From Microthyrium microscopicum (lineage: Eukaryota), in contig MU004245.1 in the NCBI GenBank assembly GCA_010405405.1, positions 71,256-119,596 on the forward strand: a DNA stretch of 48,341 nucleotides, read 5' to 3'. Shown here one piece after another: positions 47,967 to 48,341 of this stretch. Below the pieces are notes generated by a model, which made no database searches, was not told the origin of the DNA, and was given only the letters and a program-made list of their open reading frames with translations. Made by a program: the position numbers and the translations under genes. The number at the start of each line of letters is the position of its first letter. Position 1 is the first letter of the stretch.

Positions 47967-48341
47967 TTAAATAAGAAAAAAGCTACTAGAAGTATTAATT
48001 AATTAATTATATTAGTATTAAGTAACTATTAGATTAGCTTAACGTATCTATTACGTTTAGTAGCTATAATTATTCTTAAAGCTTATATTATAGAACTAGA
48101 TATTAATCTAGTCTTTTATAATACCTAAGGTATAACCTTCTTCTTTTTCTTTCCTTCCTATTAATTTAGTAGACTTATTCTTACTTCTAACTTATAAGGA
48201 AATACAAAATAAAGTAGTTAGTATTAAGTACTTACTACTATATACCTTATTTAGCTTTAGATAAGAAAATATATAAGTATAACTACTAGTTATTTATTAT
48301 AGAAAAGTTATTATAAGATAATTAAAATTAGAAGTAAGCCT

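Larger units (their letters stand above)
39950..48341. mobile_element. RIP-degenerated AT-rich repeat block, including an Academ/DUF6589-like DNA transposon relic; runs off the window end
   Basis: Abrupt switch to very AT-rich, TpA-saturated sequence with almost no CpA/TpG. No ORFs are listed. Transposase motifs can be recovered by reversing C>T/G>A changes. Confidence 0.9.

Noticed and set aside
39950..48341. Starship element or centromere/telomere assignment
   Set aside because: No tyrosine-recombinase captain motifs and no TTAGGG arrays were seen. AT-richness alone cannot establish a centromere.

Overview
Eukaryotic DNA from a filamentous ascomycete (Pezizomycotina, possibly Dothideomycetes), judged from short GT-AG introns with CTRAC/CTAAY branch points. 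Bases 1 to ~39,900 are gene-dense. In order they carry: Tea4/Bud14 SH3 protein (5' partial), Sus1/ENY2-like, Ste50, a Zn2Cys6 transcription factor, an AT-hook + EVE (Thy28-like) protein, RPS2, Med8, MPDU1-like PQ-loop protein, a hypothetical protein, a small secreted Cys-rich protein with an 8-nt microexon, a HET-domain protein, a CFEM membrane protein, an MCT-type MFS transporter, transketolase, a CMD/AhpD-like protein, Bmt6-like methyltransferase and further hypothetical genes. From ~39,950 to the end the sequence becomes extremely AT-rich and almost free of CpA/TpG, the signature of repeat-induced point mutation (RIP). Reversing RIP by eye recovers an ordered set of DUF6589/Academ-like transposase motifs (~41.2-43.2 kb) that the ORF track cannot show, followed by several tandem-repeat arrays. 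Two non-coding signals stand out. One is three C(UUCG)G-capped hairpins with a compensatory base change just downstream of the EVE gene. The other is a ~225-nt box C/D snoRNA-like element divergent from RPS2. All calls come from manual reading; no database searches were run.
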